Below are positions 1 to 12,632 of a DNA stretch of 64,000 nt, in pieces. The notes under the pieces were generated by a model. It did not search any database. It had not been told where the DNA came from and was given only the letters and a program-made list of their open reading frames with translations. The translations under genes were made by a program, and so were the position numbers. The first letter of the stretch is position 1, and the number at the start of each line of letters is the position of its first letter. Origin of the DNA: Orbicella franksi (lineage: Eukaryota); contig OZ116706.1 in the NCBI GenBank assembly GCA_964199315.1, positions 2,232,001 through 2,296,000 of the forward strand, in the 5' to 3' direction.

Positions 1-303
1 ACGAGCAAAGCAGTGCAACTGATCCGCAACAATCAGCAGAATACGCTACAACAATTATGCAATGAACCATAAACCCCTGCAAAACCTCTGACAGCCACCC
101 CACAGGTCACGTACTCCCAAATGCGGAAACCGCTGGCTGCATAAGCTCATATTTAACTTGCCTAAATGATATTAGCTGGATAGGCATGCTAGCTGGCTGC
201 ATTAGCTCAAGTTTAACCTTGCCTAAATGATATTTGACCACATATACCATCTGCAGATAGGTAATTAACAAGTATCCATCTGTTGTCAGCTTACTGATAA
301 AAC

Positions 304-667
304 AGAGCTTAAGAAACCACAACAGCAACGGCCATGAGAATGCCACCAAACAAAAGGTTTAATGAGCAGAACAGTGGCTGTGCACGTGCATTATAAATCT
401 TTGTACATTTCTTAGCCATTCTCTGCATAATAATGTGAAATGACTATGTTTTGCATATTTTGGAGAATGCAAATGATGGTGGCTAATTCTTCATAGTTTC
501 ATTTGGAATTGAACACTGGTGTTACATACTTAGCTTGAGCAAGTTCTGAGACCAATGGGTATGCTGTACAGATTGGGACAATTGCAAAGTTCAAAGGTAC
601 ATTCAATATAAATTCATTTTCTACCACGTATTGTCCCTGAGGTTGCCGTCATCATTGCTTAAGCTCT
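304..667. mobile_element. MITE-like non-autonomous DNA element
   Basis: Terminal inverted repeats AGAGCTTAAG...CTTAAGCTCT; related copies at 34203-34565 (inverted) and about 38565-38710 (fragment). Confidence 0.7.
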
Positions 668-733
668 CTCACAGAATACACCAAGTAAAATGTACATAAT
701 TATAAGTAATTTACCACATTATTGAACACCTAC

Positions 734-3700
734 CAGTCTTCCCTGGGTCTGTGTGAACGGGATCATTGTTAAAATCTTGTTTTCCTTTGTGTACATACAA
801 AAATGTTTATTCCACGTGTATGTACCAAGGCTACCTAAAGTGGCCACATAAGAAAGCAGATCAGTTGGTGTTTCAGCAATTATTACTTGGTCATTTGACT
901 TTTACATGTTGCTATTTATGTACTTTTTTTTTGGAGGGGGGGGGGGAATTGATGTAATNNNNNNNNNNNNNNNNNNNNNNNNNNNNNNNNNNNNNNNNNN
1001 NNNNNNNNNNNNNNNNNNNNNNNNNNNNNNNNNNNNNNNNNNNNNNNNNNNNNNNNNNNNNNNNNNNNNNNNNNNNNNNNNNNNNNNNNNNNNNNNNNNN
1101 NNNNNNNNNNNNNNNNNNNNNNNNNNNNNNNNNNNNNNNNNNNNNNNNNNNNNNNNNNNNNNNNNNNTTACATCAATTCCCCCCCCTCCAAAAAAAAAGT
1201 ACATAAATAGTAACATGTAAAAGTCAAATCCATGCCCAGAGCCCTAGCTATTTTCATGGTCATGAAGATACTGTACCTTTCTTTTGGACACCGAGATACC
1301 CTTGTCTTGTGTGGGCTCCGCGATACTGAAGTTCACCACTTAGGGCTTTCTGAAGAGAAAAGAGAGTGCTTTAGATAATATAAATGTGTGCACTCTAGAA
1401 ACCTAAAATCCTTGGGTCTTTGGCCTGCACATTCAAACCTTAGGCAAAGTTTTTCTGTATATAGACATGCTCCTGGTATATAACAATGTATAGTTTGTAG
1501 CTGTATTGTGGATGAATGCGTTACTAATACAAGTAGCCGAAAAGTGGTGTTTACCTGTTGCACCCGACTCATCAGGCTTGCAGCTTCAATTTTTGTTGTG
1601 TCAAATCTCTCTCTGGTCTGAAAAAAAATATATGAAAAAATACCATGAATAATGTAACAACAGCAATAACAACAAGAAAACACAATTTCAGGTCAATTTC
1701 ACAGGGTATTGACTGAGCTGATCGTTATGACGCGCCATAACATTTGAGCCGAAGAATAAGATGTCTAGCTCTCACACTAAGTCAAAATACATGTATGTAG
1801 GGTAAGGATCTACATCTACATGTTTTGACCAAGAATTTATACTCACATTTTGAAGTCTGAGTTGAAGATCTTTCATGAAATCCATATAATCATTAAATAC
1901 TTCATGGCCTGATAGAAACAAAAGTTTAGTAAACAAATATAAATAACACCAGAGGAGTAGATTTTTTAACAAGAAATAGTTAATGTTAGTAACGCAATTA
2001 TTGTTTAACTCTGGAAAAATCCACTGGCACAATGAACACAAAACTACGAAATCCTTACCGCTATGATAAAAAGTAATGTGTCCATACATAAAAGATAAAA
2101 GCTGAAAGAAAAATAAGACAATATTATATGGTCAAATGTCACCTACAGATGGACACCATTTGTAAGCAGATGCTTAGTTATGGTCCTAGCCACATACAAA
2201 CAATACTAAATATAATATCGTGCCACTATAATGGTACCTTAGATTGAAATAATACAATTCAAATTACTGTTTAAAAAAAACTGCAAGCAGCTGAGGTTTT
2301 TTATATCTTTGCAAAAACCTGATTTCAAGTGAAGATAAGAAAACATTTCATTTTTAGCAGAACATTATAATTTATGGTGTAATTAGCCCATTGACGCCTG
2401 TACCGCCCGTAACCATCCATTTCCCTGTGCCACCCATAACCGCCCGAAAAAAGCACGTGGGGACAATTGCCTTTCCTACCCTCCCTGAAGAATTTTTGGT
2501 TCTCCGGTTGCTCTATTGTTCTTGAGTACAAATAAACCAATCAGAATGGACTTTCTGAGCATATTTTCAGAGGACTTTAGGGGTCCTAGAAAGACTTTTT
2601 TCCTTCTTAAAATCGTGCGCTCGAAAAGTGCAGGTAATCATGGCGCGTCTTAAAACTTCCAAGGTCTTGTTTTCATTCCTAACACAGATAAATTACTGAT
2701 TTGGGCTTTAAAATAGAAAGGAAAAATACAAATCAATGTTTAGGTGGCCTCAGAATGGAGGATCAAGGAGTAGAGTCCTCAAAACTTTCTAGTGAAGAAG
2801 TTTTTCTTCCTACAACCGCCGCGAAAACATGAAGATCGGAGCACTTTCAAGTAAGTTTTGACAACAGATCACAGATTTAAAGCAGCTTTTTGGACTTAAG
2901 AAACAAATGGTAATGTACATTATTACTTTGACGCTGAATTCAACTTTTGAGACGATTGATAAAGCCACGGGCTTTAAAATGACTGCAAAAGCGGTCGGCA
3001 AAAACTCAAGCTTTCCCGTTAGTGTGAAGAATAATTTGAACATGAGGCTCACACAGCGAAGAACGTCTGCAAAATTTTGGGTAGGAATTAGGGGTAGGTC
3101 ATGGGCAATTTCATTCAGGCGTCAATGGGTTAAAAGAAATTAAATGTCATCTTAGAAATCAACTTACGGTTTCCACAAATTCAAACTTCTTTTTCTCATT
3201 AACTTCCTGAAGTTTGACAACATAATCTAGAGCTGTTTGGTGAAATGAGCGTTTCTCATTCTGAAGCTGGGTATCCGCCTGAGTGTGCAAACAACATATC
3301 TAATGAGTTAATCAAATATCCAGGACAATGACAAATAAATTAATAAATAAATAAATCACAACATTTAGAGAAGAAACCACATCAGTCTTAGCTGGTTTTC
3401 ATGTGGCTCTTCTATCCTTGTTGAATTGGAATTTTAAGAAGTTGGTTTTTGTGGAGGGGGAAAAACCCTTGGAGCAAAGCAAGAACCAACGACAAACTCA
3501 AGCCACATACATGCATGGCATCGAGCCAAAATTGAACCCGGGCCACATTGATGAGGCGAGGGCTCTCACCACTGCACTACTCCTGCTCCCCTAATGATAC
3601 CCAATGATATCCAGGGTGAAATGTACTCTTGTTATAATTCATAGTCATTTCAGAGCAACAAGTTTCAGTTACTGTAATTACTCTAAGAATTGTCACAGTG

Positions 3701-6700
3701 CTTGGTAAATGTTTTGAGGCAGGGACACAACCCAGATTGAATCAACTTGGGTCGTTGATTTACTTAAGAATAGCAATTACATCGTGTATTCGAGAATGAG
3801 GCAGATTATTTGAGGGAAACTATTTCAATAATATCCCCTAAAGGAGGTAATAATTTTATTCAAGTGGAGCCATTACTCTAGCGATGGATGTTATTCAAGT
3901 AAACATGGTCTTACATCATTCAAAAATGAATCTTTCTTTTTTGAAGACAGATTCAAGTAGTTCTGTACTGCTAAACAGTATTTTTCAGTCTGCTTGTCAA
4001 ATTTCTTCTTTTCCTCCTACAAGAAAAAAACAGTCTGTCAGGAATTAAAATGTAATACATGTACCAAACAAAATTAAAATTTAATCTTTTTCTTTAGAGC
4101 ATTATCAAGAAAACAGGGGTTTTGGACGAGTTTCGTTTATGTCAATATTTTTATGTTGCCTCAAAGGAACCTAAGAATCAAACCTTGCCAGACAAGAATC
4201 ATGTAACAATAAATGTAAACACAAAAGAACTTTTGTACCTTTGCTCCACCAATCTGCTCTTTTCTAAATGTTTCCAGTGGTATAATCAGCTGGGCATTTG
4301 CATGATTTAACTGGTGGCAAACAAGTGTCATGAGGCAATTAACTCAACTCAGTAATGCATCAGTCAATGAATCAATCAATCTATCTTTATTTGTACTCAG
4401 TCTTGCTCAAAATAAAAAAATTACAACAATGAAACTACTAAAAGTAAAAATTAGAGTACTAGCTGCCTGGAATAACCATAGGGGCTAGCAGAGCCAGGCA
4501 GCCAGTTAACATCAGCATTAAATAGAAATAACCTACAGGTCAGCAAGAAAACTGAAGCACAAATTCACATATAAGATGAAAAATAGAAGAGGAAAAATGC
4601 TATTTCTACGCCATGAAAGAAGTCTAAAATAGTTAAATTCAGTGCTGGTGAAGTGACTACAACTACACATGCAACATAAAGTGACCACAAGCATTCCTAC
4701 TCGTCTTGAAATACTATCATAGGTCAAATCACTATTTTTGCCAAACACATTGTAAATATGGTTGGACAATTATCAGCATTTAATTAAGCAATTTGCATTC
4801 AGCTAATAAATTTATAGCCATACGTGAGGTAATAAGAATGCTTAGCAATGTACCATGGAGTGTTCATTCCATGTTAAAGCATTCCTGGAGAGTCTATTTG
4901 TGCCAAAAGAAAACACACAGATCCATATGTTTTACAATTTTAAGCATGTTTTAAAGGAAACAAGATCTGCAAACAAGATCTTTACATTAAAAAGCTAACT
5001 TAAGTCACTTTGGTCTTCAGACAAATTGTCTTTCTGTATTGAAAAACTATTCAGACAATATAAAAGTTTGGTTGGACAGTTTCCACCACAGTAGCTGCAG
5101 TTAAAAAATAATTTTAGTTTGAGTCAGTAAAATCTGCCATGTATATCACTATGTTTGGGTTGGTATGTCTCACAGGTAGCCCAATGTGTTAAAAAGGTAA
5201 TTGTGAGCCCTGCGGCCCCTATATTTTGACAAGTTGCTAATAATAACTGGCTAATACCCATTTATACTCCCGACATATCTTGTTGTATCCATTGGTTCAA
5301 TATATCAAACATAGCTCTTTTAGTACAATTTCAGCCATCATCATGGATCAAATAACTGACCATGTGGATTGTGGGCTCATGCAAATAACTTTGACCCCCT
5401 TCAAGAGCATACAGGACCCACCCTACAAGGAACTTCCTACAGTGGCCTGGTTAAAACCCACGCGTGTGACCTCATGCTCCACAAATTAGCCATTAAGACA
5501 CTACATGTACATGTACATGACAAGAACTTGTTAAAGAACAAGATGATTTATAATAACTGACTTACCATTCTGTCTCGTTCATCTTCCACAGTGTCAATCA
5601 TCTTGCCAAACTCTTTTAGTGCCTCAGCTAAAAAATAATTTGAATTCAAGGATAGAATCATCTAATGAATAAGAAATAATCAATCATTGCTCACAGAATT
5701 ATTTCAAGTCACTGTCAGTGGTAATTTTTCCAGGCATAATTTCAATTGCACCAGCAACATACACAAAACTACTGAGTAAACGTTTTGTTGAGCAAGGTGA
5801 GCTCTAATACATGTATGACTTCTGTGGGTAAAGATTTTTGGTGGCAAGCAGCCACACATTAACCCTACCCTGTAACCTGTAACAAAATCTCCAACTAAAC
5901 AAGGGATGTCAAGGTCCCACATATGGTTTATTTTTGTGCTTACCCTCGCTCTGAAATATTTTAAAAAATGCCAGGGAACTAGGGGTGGGTTGCGGGCAAT
6001 TTAATGCAGGCGTCAACGGGATAAGAAGCATAATTCAGCTTACCAATATGTATTTCATCATCAGTCTCCACCTCTCCAATACACTCAAATCTGAAGCCAT
6101 CTAGCACTTGTGCAAAACTCCTCTGTGCTCTGGATAAGTCTACAAAAAAACAGGACAGAGGACCACCCAATTATATTATGATCACAAATTATTGTTGCTG
6201 CGCCTTCTTAAATAATGCTTTCTGTATGCATGATCAATTTCAAAACACTCATCTTGACTACAAATTTACATACATGCATGTCCAGTACAATTGCAGTAGA
6301 TTGACATTTAACTGTGCACCAAACCAAACATTCTTAAAATTCAGTTGAACTTATAGAGGACAACAAACCCCTTTGAAAATGAGTTAACTACACATGTATG
6401 TAAGCAAAAATTACCTCTGACTGTAGGCATAAGATATCTATAAAAGATGTAAAAAATAAGGCATCGAGCAACTGAACCATAATATGCAAATAACTTTTAG
6501 CTGGTATAATGATAAATTATTTATTTCTACCACTAATAAAAAAGTCATTTCTACAATTAGAACTATATTTAGCCATTGAAACAAAAGACCTACATTGTAA
6601 TTCACTGAGAAAATAATCAAGAAAAATAACTTCTCTAGAACCACAGAACACCTTGGAACAAAATACAAAATGTAACTTTAAAACATATAAACAATTGAAA

Positions 6701-8647
6701 AAAAATTAATCTATTAAGGCTTTTAATAAAAGTTTACTTTTGGTAAGAGTTGAAGATTTCCTGGTAGTTTTATGGCTTACATTTCTTAGAAGGCTTGCCT
6801 TTACATAAAATAATTCTTATATTTTTCTTTCCTTTCTCTTTCCCTTCTACTTTGTTAAACAATCAGACACGAGTATATGCCAAGTCAGCTCCCAATCAAC
6901 ATTATGTGCTTCAAGTTTGCGATATTCCTCCTGTCCATCATCATGGAATTTTTTCTTAATATTTTCATGCGCAATAAACCCTCTATCAACCAAGCTTGTT
7001 CAGGACCACACTGAAAGAATATCTGCCCAAAGAATTTTTCACATGGACCTCCACAAAAACTGAAGGATATCTGTAACAGTTATAGTCAACTGATGTCATT
7101 GTTTTATCTGCTTCAAAAAAAATATGGACCATGGGACTTCACATTGTAAGATTTTCCTGCCCATGAGGAACAAATAAGATTCTCTCTTTTTTTAACCTCC
7201 CCTAATAATAACAACAGCTTAACATGTCTTTTGTTCCTTGGTTCTCAGGAGGCTCCCCCAAGAGAATATAGGAAATGAACAAAAGTAAATTAATTAATTA
7301 AGATAAATAAAAAGTAAAAATTAGAATTAGAGAAAAAATAAAACATTGATTTAAAAGATAAAATTAGAATTATAGGTACACAAATTTGTAAAAACGACAC
7401 TAAACTATTTAAATTTACAGAAAGTTGAATTCTCCTTCTGGCTGATGAATCATAAGAAAACAGTTTCCTTTCTACAATTTAACAGTGCAATATTTTAAGA
7501 ATCTAATGAATGTGTCACGAATTAGCCTATCCACTGAATGCAAACAATAGAAGTCAGGTAAACAGGACACGAAATCAGCTCTACGTACAGTTCAGCTCAC
7601 TTGGACAGAAACAGAAAGGGTGCTTGTTTTTAAATTTATCCGACACACATAACTTATAGTCATACAGTACAAGTAATCATTGATGGAGAAAACACGCCAG
7701 ATTAAAGACCGTACGAACAACACAAAGGGGAATGTCTGGCTACAATAGCTTCAAGAAATCCTGAATAAAGGGAACCCCTTGTTAACATTTCGCAGTTTCG
7801 TCGGGCAAATGTTTACAATGTTAATCTGATATCGTATCAAGCAACTTTTATTCCATTTTCAGATTCCCACTTGACGATCATGTCAAAACTTCAATATATT
7901 ACCGTTTATTCTTCATTTCACATACAAATATTGTAAGTTTATCCTTAAGATCAGTTGTCCCACATCCGTTTTGCTTTGTCAAGAATCAACGCCTGGGATA
8001 GAGCGACTGAATTTAACAAAGAACTGAAGTTTGAATGATCGTCTCATAAACTTGGAATGTTTCCACTAAAATCAAAGAAAGCAAATTCTTAAAAAAATTA
8101 ATTCTAGCGAAAAGTTTCACGAGAGCTTGCGTAAACGTCGACAGTCAATTTCGTTTTACAAACTCAACTGTAAAAGTTCAATCCACGTGACGATAAAATG
8201 ATTGTTACCTCATCACACTTTGAAAAGACGGCTGTATGTAGCCACAAACAAGTGACTGAACGATCAGAGAAGAGCTCAAACATTTATATTGAAGTTCCTT
8301 GGAGCCAGTTGCAGGAAGTCGCCTTGTCCCTTAGGGCTAAAATTAGCCTCGAAAAATAACAGAGTATGTACCTTTGGCTGTCGCTTTGAGCTAAATTGAC
8401 ACTTGCTTAAAAAACGACAGCGACTTCCAAGCACGTATAAGAGGTACCAAGCAGTGTAATACGGATCAAACTGCAGAGATCTAGAGTACCTACTTTCAAT
8501 AGCCTTCAGCAAAGCCTTGCATTCCTTGATCAGCCCCTTGATAGCCTCGTTCGTCCTCTCCAGCTCCCGTTCGTGCTCGTGAATGTTCTCGCGGAAATAG
8601 GGACTATCCAAAATACAGTCCTCGAATTCGAGAGGCTTAAGCCCCAT
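734..8647 (-). CDS. GRAF: GRAF/oligophrenin-family Rho GTPase-activating protein (ARHGAP10/26/42/OPHN1-like), BAR and start of PH domain; 3' part lies off the left edge
   Basis: Exons with GT-AG boundaries: 8647-8494 (MGLKPLEFEDCILDSPYFRENIHEHERELERTNEAIKGLIKE), 6139-6044 (LSRAQRSFAQVLDGFRFECIGEVETDDE), 5627-5566, 4310-4239 (LIIPLETFRKEQIGGAK), 4016-3915 (EEKKKFDKQTEKYC), 3278-3168 (KKFEFVET), 2101-2059, 1908-1847, 1617-1555, 1349-1277, 834-734 (WNKHFCMYTKENKILTMIPF). Co-linear with the recalled GRAF BAR-PH sequence. Confidence 0.93.
959..1167. other. Assembly gap (209 N) flanked by a ~65-bp inverted repeat
   Basis: Run of N; 893-958 is the near-perfect reverse complement of 1168-1229. Confidence 0.95.
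2387..3129. mobile_element. piggyBac-like non-autonomous element
   Basis: TIRs CCCATTGACGCCTG...CAGGCGTCAATGGG; TTAA on the right and degenerate TTAG on the left; no transposase ORF. Confidence 0.7.
3334..3591 (-). mobile_element. tRNA-derived SINE, degenerate
   Basis: Minus-strand head GGGGAGCAGG..GCAGTGGTGAGAGC..GGGTTCAATT with A/B-box-like motifs, and a (TTTA)n tail. Confidence 0.6.
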
Positions 8648-10175
8648 TACTGAAGACAAATGACACCCTTTTGCTATCTATGGCTTAAAGATTCCTTAAA
8701 ACCGACTGGAAAATTCATAAACAACTCGTAGAATCTGTCCGTCAGTTCTCTTCTGGAAGTTTTGATTCTGATTACGCATGTGCAGACACGTGACCAGTTG
8801 TCCGTGACGTAAACGGAGCGACTGCAGGCATAGGAGCCCCGCCCCAGACGGGAAATGGGAAGTTGATGAACATCTTAAGGCTTTGTTTGTTTTGAAGAAA
8901 CCTTAGTTAACCACAAGTAGTAGTTAATTTTAAACGCTTCTTTAAAATAACAGCTAGTTCTCCTTACGTCAGGTAGCGGGCATTACACGGGGAGAGGAAG
9001 TTATATCGCTGCCTACACAGGTTAATACGTTGAGTGTATCTTTTGTTGCTACAAGACTTTCATTTACTCACAAAGGTTGCAGGTTATAAGGGGAAAAAAG
9101 AAAGAAGAAATAAAAGCGCCCCTTAGCACACAGGCGAAATTAGAACGTTTTCTTCCGATTAGTTATGAGTTAACCAAAGTAATGAAACTAATATATATGA
9201 CGTGGAAATACTAATGTATTGGCGACAAAACGAGGAGCCCGCATGCAGCGCAGTGTTCTATACACAGGAAGCCAAGTTGCGTGCAGATTTTCTCTGTATT
9301 TTCGTCAGTTCCTCTAAGACTCATATGACCCATATCTGATGACCACTGTATCGGTCATTTGCGTTAATAATGGTCTCTACGAGAGCTAGTTTGTTCATAG
9401 TTAACATTAAAGAAGCTTCTATTGGTTAGTTGTATGAGCACACATAACCACCTTTTGCGTTTTGCTAAGTTTTGCGTAGGGTTAACCCCAATTGCAAAAT
9501 AGCAAACAAAAACATACAACAAAGAACTTTGTCAGGTTTCATAACCATTTCCCTCTATTAACTATGCTCTGTTCTAATTAAGAATTAGATTATCAGCCGT
9601 CTATTTCTTTGCATACTGCTGGCGCGCCAGAAATTTGAATTGACTAATCAGGATTCAGAAAGCTGGAAAAGCTTTATTGTCCTGATACATGCTGACGTCA
9701 ATGTACATGATGTAGGCCAAGGCTATGCGTTATGTTAACAGGAAAGGCATTGAAGGCTGGCAACGTTTCTCACTGGAGACAGAATTAAGTATTCACAAAA
9801 AGGGATTTATAATTCCAGAAGCCATAACAGGTTGTAAGAGGTGAAAAATATGAAACATTTTGTGTCTCCAAGCTTTTAATTTTGCGCCAAAAATGGATCG
9901 CCCGTGTCCGGCAACTCACTCGTAACGGGTAAGATCAGGCACCATAATAGTTGTGTTATTTTTCGACTGAAAGGCAACGAAGTGACTCACCCAAAAAAAT
10001 GGTGAAATTAATATTGAGAACACTGAAAAAACAAAACCTGTTTTTATTTCTGTTTTGGTTTTAGAGTGTGATAAATTCCAGAATGTTGGCCGTAGCCATT
10101 TGTCTAGTTTTGTTTAAATCGTGAATAAAATCAAATCCAATCAAGGAAGGACAACACGACTTTTGTTTAAGCTGG

Positions 10176-12632
10176 TTATGTCTCCTCAACTTCTTCAGAC
10201 ATAAGTCTTAGATAAACTCTTCCGGGTCCCTTGTTCTTGTTTCCTTTATTAGAAGGTGACAGTCCAGAATTATACGAGCTTCCTCCTTCTGCTCTACCAC
10301 CTTCCTTACCATTACATTCCATCCAGCATCCTTTCACACCACCTCCCGAGTACCCTCCCCCTGCGCCAGGCAGTAACCCCGCAGCACCACCCCCACCAAA
10401 ACCTCCCCGGCCCATCTTGCCATGCTCAAAATTTTCGTAAGCTGGTACTGCTTCTCCCCCATTTCCACCATCCATGAAGCTCTTGCCACCCCAACCTTTG
10501 TACAAGCCAACTCCAGCGCCGTACATGCCTCCTCCTGTGCCAGCTATCACTTTATGGTGACCGGTGGAGTTTTTAATGACTGTTTCGCTGTCGTCGCTGC
10601 TGTCCAGGAGTTTCCCGCCATTGCCCTCCCTACCGCTGAAACTTGAAGGAGGTTCATCGTTGGCTCTCCCGCCTCCACCATTTGTTTGAGAAGCTAGAAA
10701 ACAGTCACAAATAAATGTAAGAATTCGCTTAAACCGACGCGAAAATCTTTACGGAATGAAGCTCAAATCCAGTAACTATGAAAGATCAGTGTAACCTGAC
10801 AGACGCTAATCCTCACGGCGGCAACAACTCAAGAACGAAATTTCATTCAAAAACGAGCGATTTGGAAATTACAGCGTTTGCGGAAAATTACAAAAATAAG
10901 GAAAGGAATGCATTGAAAATTTTGAATAAAACCCTAGCTATTTAAAACTAAATCTTTTACCCAAAACTTAAAATACAACTAACGGGTCGCTGTATCGATT
11001 GAGACTGCACTCATGTTGTCTTTAATGATTCATATTTAACACATACATGCATACTTACTTGCTTTAGGAATTCCACCCCCTCCCCCACCGCCAGCAACAA
11101 GAAGTGGCTTGCCATCTTCGTACACAACAAAGGTTCCGCCCCCTCCTCCCCCGGGACGATGAGGATCAACGGGATCACGTGACCCCTCATGGCCAACCAA
11201 AATCTTTATCACTCTGCCTTTGTGCAGCAAGAACTTTCCTTTAACAATAGCCCCAAGTCCTCCCTGCTTACGATTCGCTGAACTTCCGACTAGTATCCCA
11301 TCAGCCCCGGAGGCCCCTCTAGCTTCGATGGACCAGAGACCGGAGACAGGGACAGTCCAGAGCTGAATTCCCGGATGTTGAAGGGACACTTTAACTTCCT
11401 GTTTGAGGTATCCGTGGTATTTGAGTCTGGTAGGACCAAAACGTCCGACAGCGCCATTGTTTGTCAGCACTCGAACTTTACATGTTGGGAATGAAAACAT
11501 ATTAGACTGCAATGTTAGTGCGTGTTTTGTAGGAAAATATGTGTCAGGAGAGTTATCGAATCTTGGCTCAGCGCAACAATCTTTTACAACCTAAAGGAAA
11601 TTTTCAAATTACTACAACAAGTATGGCTCCTGGCTGTATTCTCAGCTGTTACACGCGCGCGCGCGCGCGCGCGAGCAGCCCGTAATTTGCTTAACCACCG
11701 AAACGCAACACAAAGAAACATTTGTCTGCTCGATTGCTACTATGTAACCTTAGTGCTAGCTAGTTTTCACCAGGTACATGTATAAGCTTAAGCATAAGCC
11801 GACATGCGCAGACGTAGAAGAGTGCTCCTAAGTAGCGCAATTTTCCAAACAAAAGTTACTTTTTATCAACATCTTACTGCGTCCAAGTATGTCGGCTTGT
11901 ACTTTAGTGAAAACCTGAACGCTCCAGGATGAAAATACAGTCTGTTCTGTATTTTGCAGAAAGTTTACTGCAAAAAGTTCATCGGAGATATCACTTTCGC
12001 GGCAACTCTCGAGAAGGATGAAATACGCCAAGACAGGTAGTTTACCAAAAAGACAGCAACAAACAAATTTACATTGAAACCTAAAAGTTATAGATCAGTA
12101 AAAAACTGATTGAAGAAGGAGAAAAAAATAAAGACGTTGGAGAGCAAAACCTCGAAAAGAATCAAAAGGATTATATGATCCCGCCCAGGAAAAACATATG
12201 AACGTATTCGTGGGAGCAAAGCTGCAGGAAAGCCGCGCAGGGACTTCAGACTTCAGAGTCAAAAGTCCGAGGCCTGTAGTTCCTCCCAGCTTTCGTAGCT
12301 GAGTCAGAGAAAAATAAACGACAATTTGCACATCGTATGACTTTTTTCAGGTTTCGAATTCAAGTTATTGCATAGTAATTCAACTGTATAACGTTGGTTT
12401 TCCACCATAGTTTGTGCGTTAACTCTGATTAACCACAGTTTGCAGGCTTACCTTCAAAATTCGTTTCTTCTTTTGCGTCATCACTAGAATCTCCGAATTT
12501 GTTTAAGACTTTCAAAACTATGACAACTACAGCTACGCAAACAACTACAACAACAATTAACCCAACCACCTTTTTTATCAACGCCTTATTCGAGGCGTTC
12601 CTAGCCGCCGCACCCGCCGAGGCAGCGATCAT
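10176..12632 (-). CDS. Type II membrane-anchored ALK/LTK-like glycine-rich-domain protein without kinase (~371 aa, 3 exons)
   Basis: Exons 12632-12452 (signal-anchor KKVVGLIVVVVVCVAVVVIVLK), 11475-11059 (GRFGPT..GIQLWTVPVSG..IEARGASG..GGLGA..G.F.L..ILVG..GGGGGGTFV..LLVAGGGGG) and 10693-10176 (GGFGGGG..GAGGGYSGGG..GGSSYN). Phase-1 GT-AG introns join them in frame, 1116 nt in total. Confidence 0.82.

Noticed and set aside
121-240. Two ~60-bp direct repeats as a regulatory element
   Set aside because: Simple intronic tandem duplication with no further support.
902-1220. Two 104-aa ORFs in the track
   Set aside because: Artefacts of the N gap and its inverted flanks.
11790-12331. Extra exons for the glycine-rich protein (ORFs 11828-12031 and 12095-12331)
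   Set aside because: Phase-compatible reading hits a stop, part of the region is a repeat shared with about 14730-14800, and exons 1 and 2 already join in frame.
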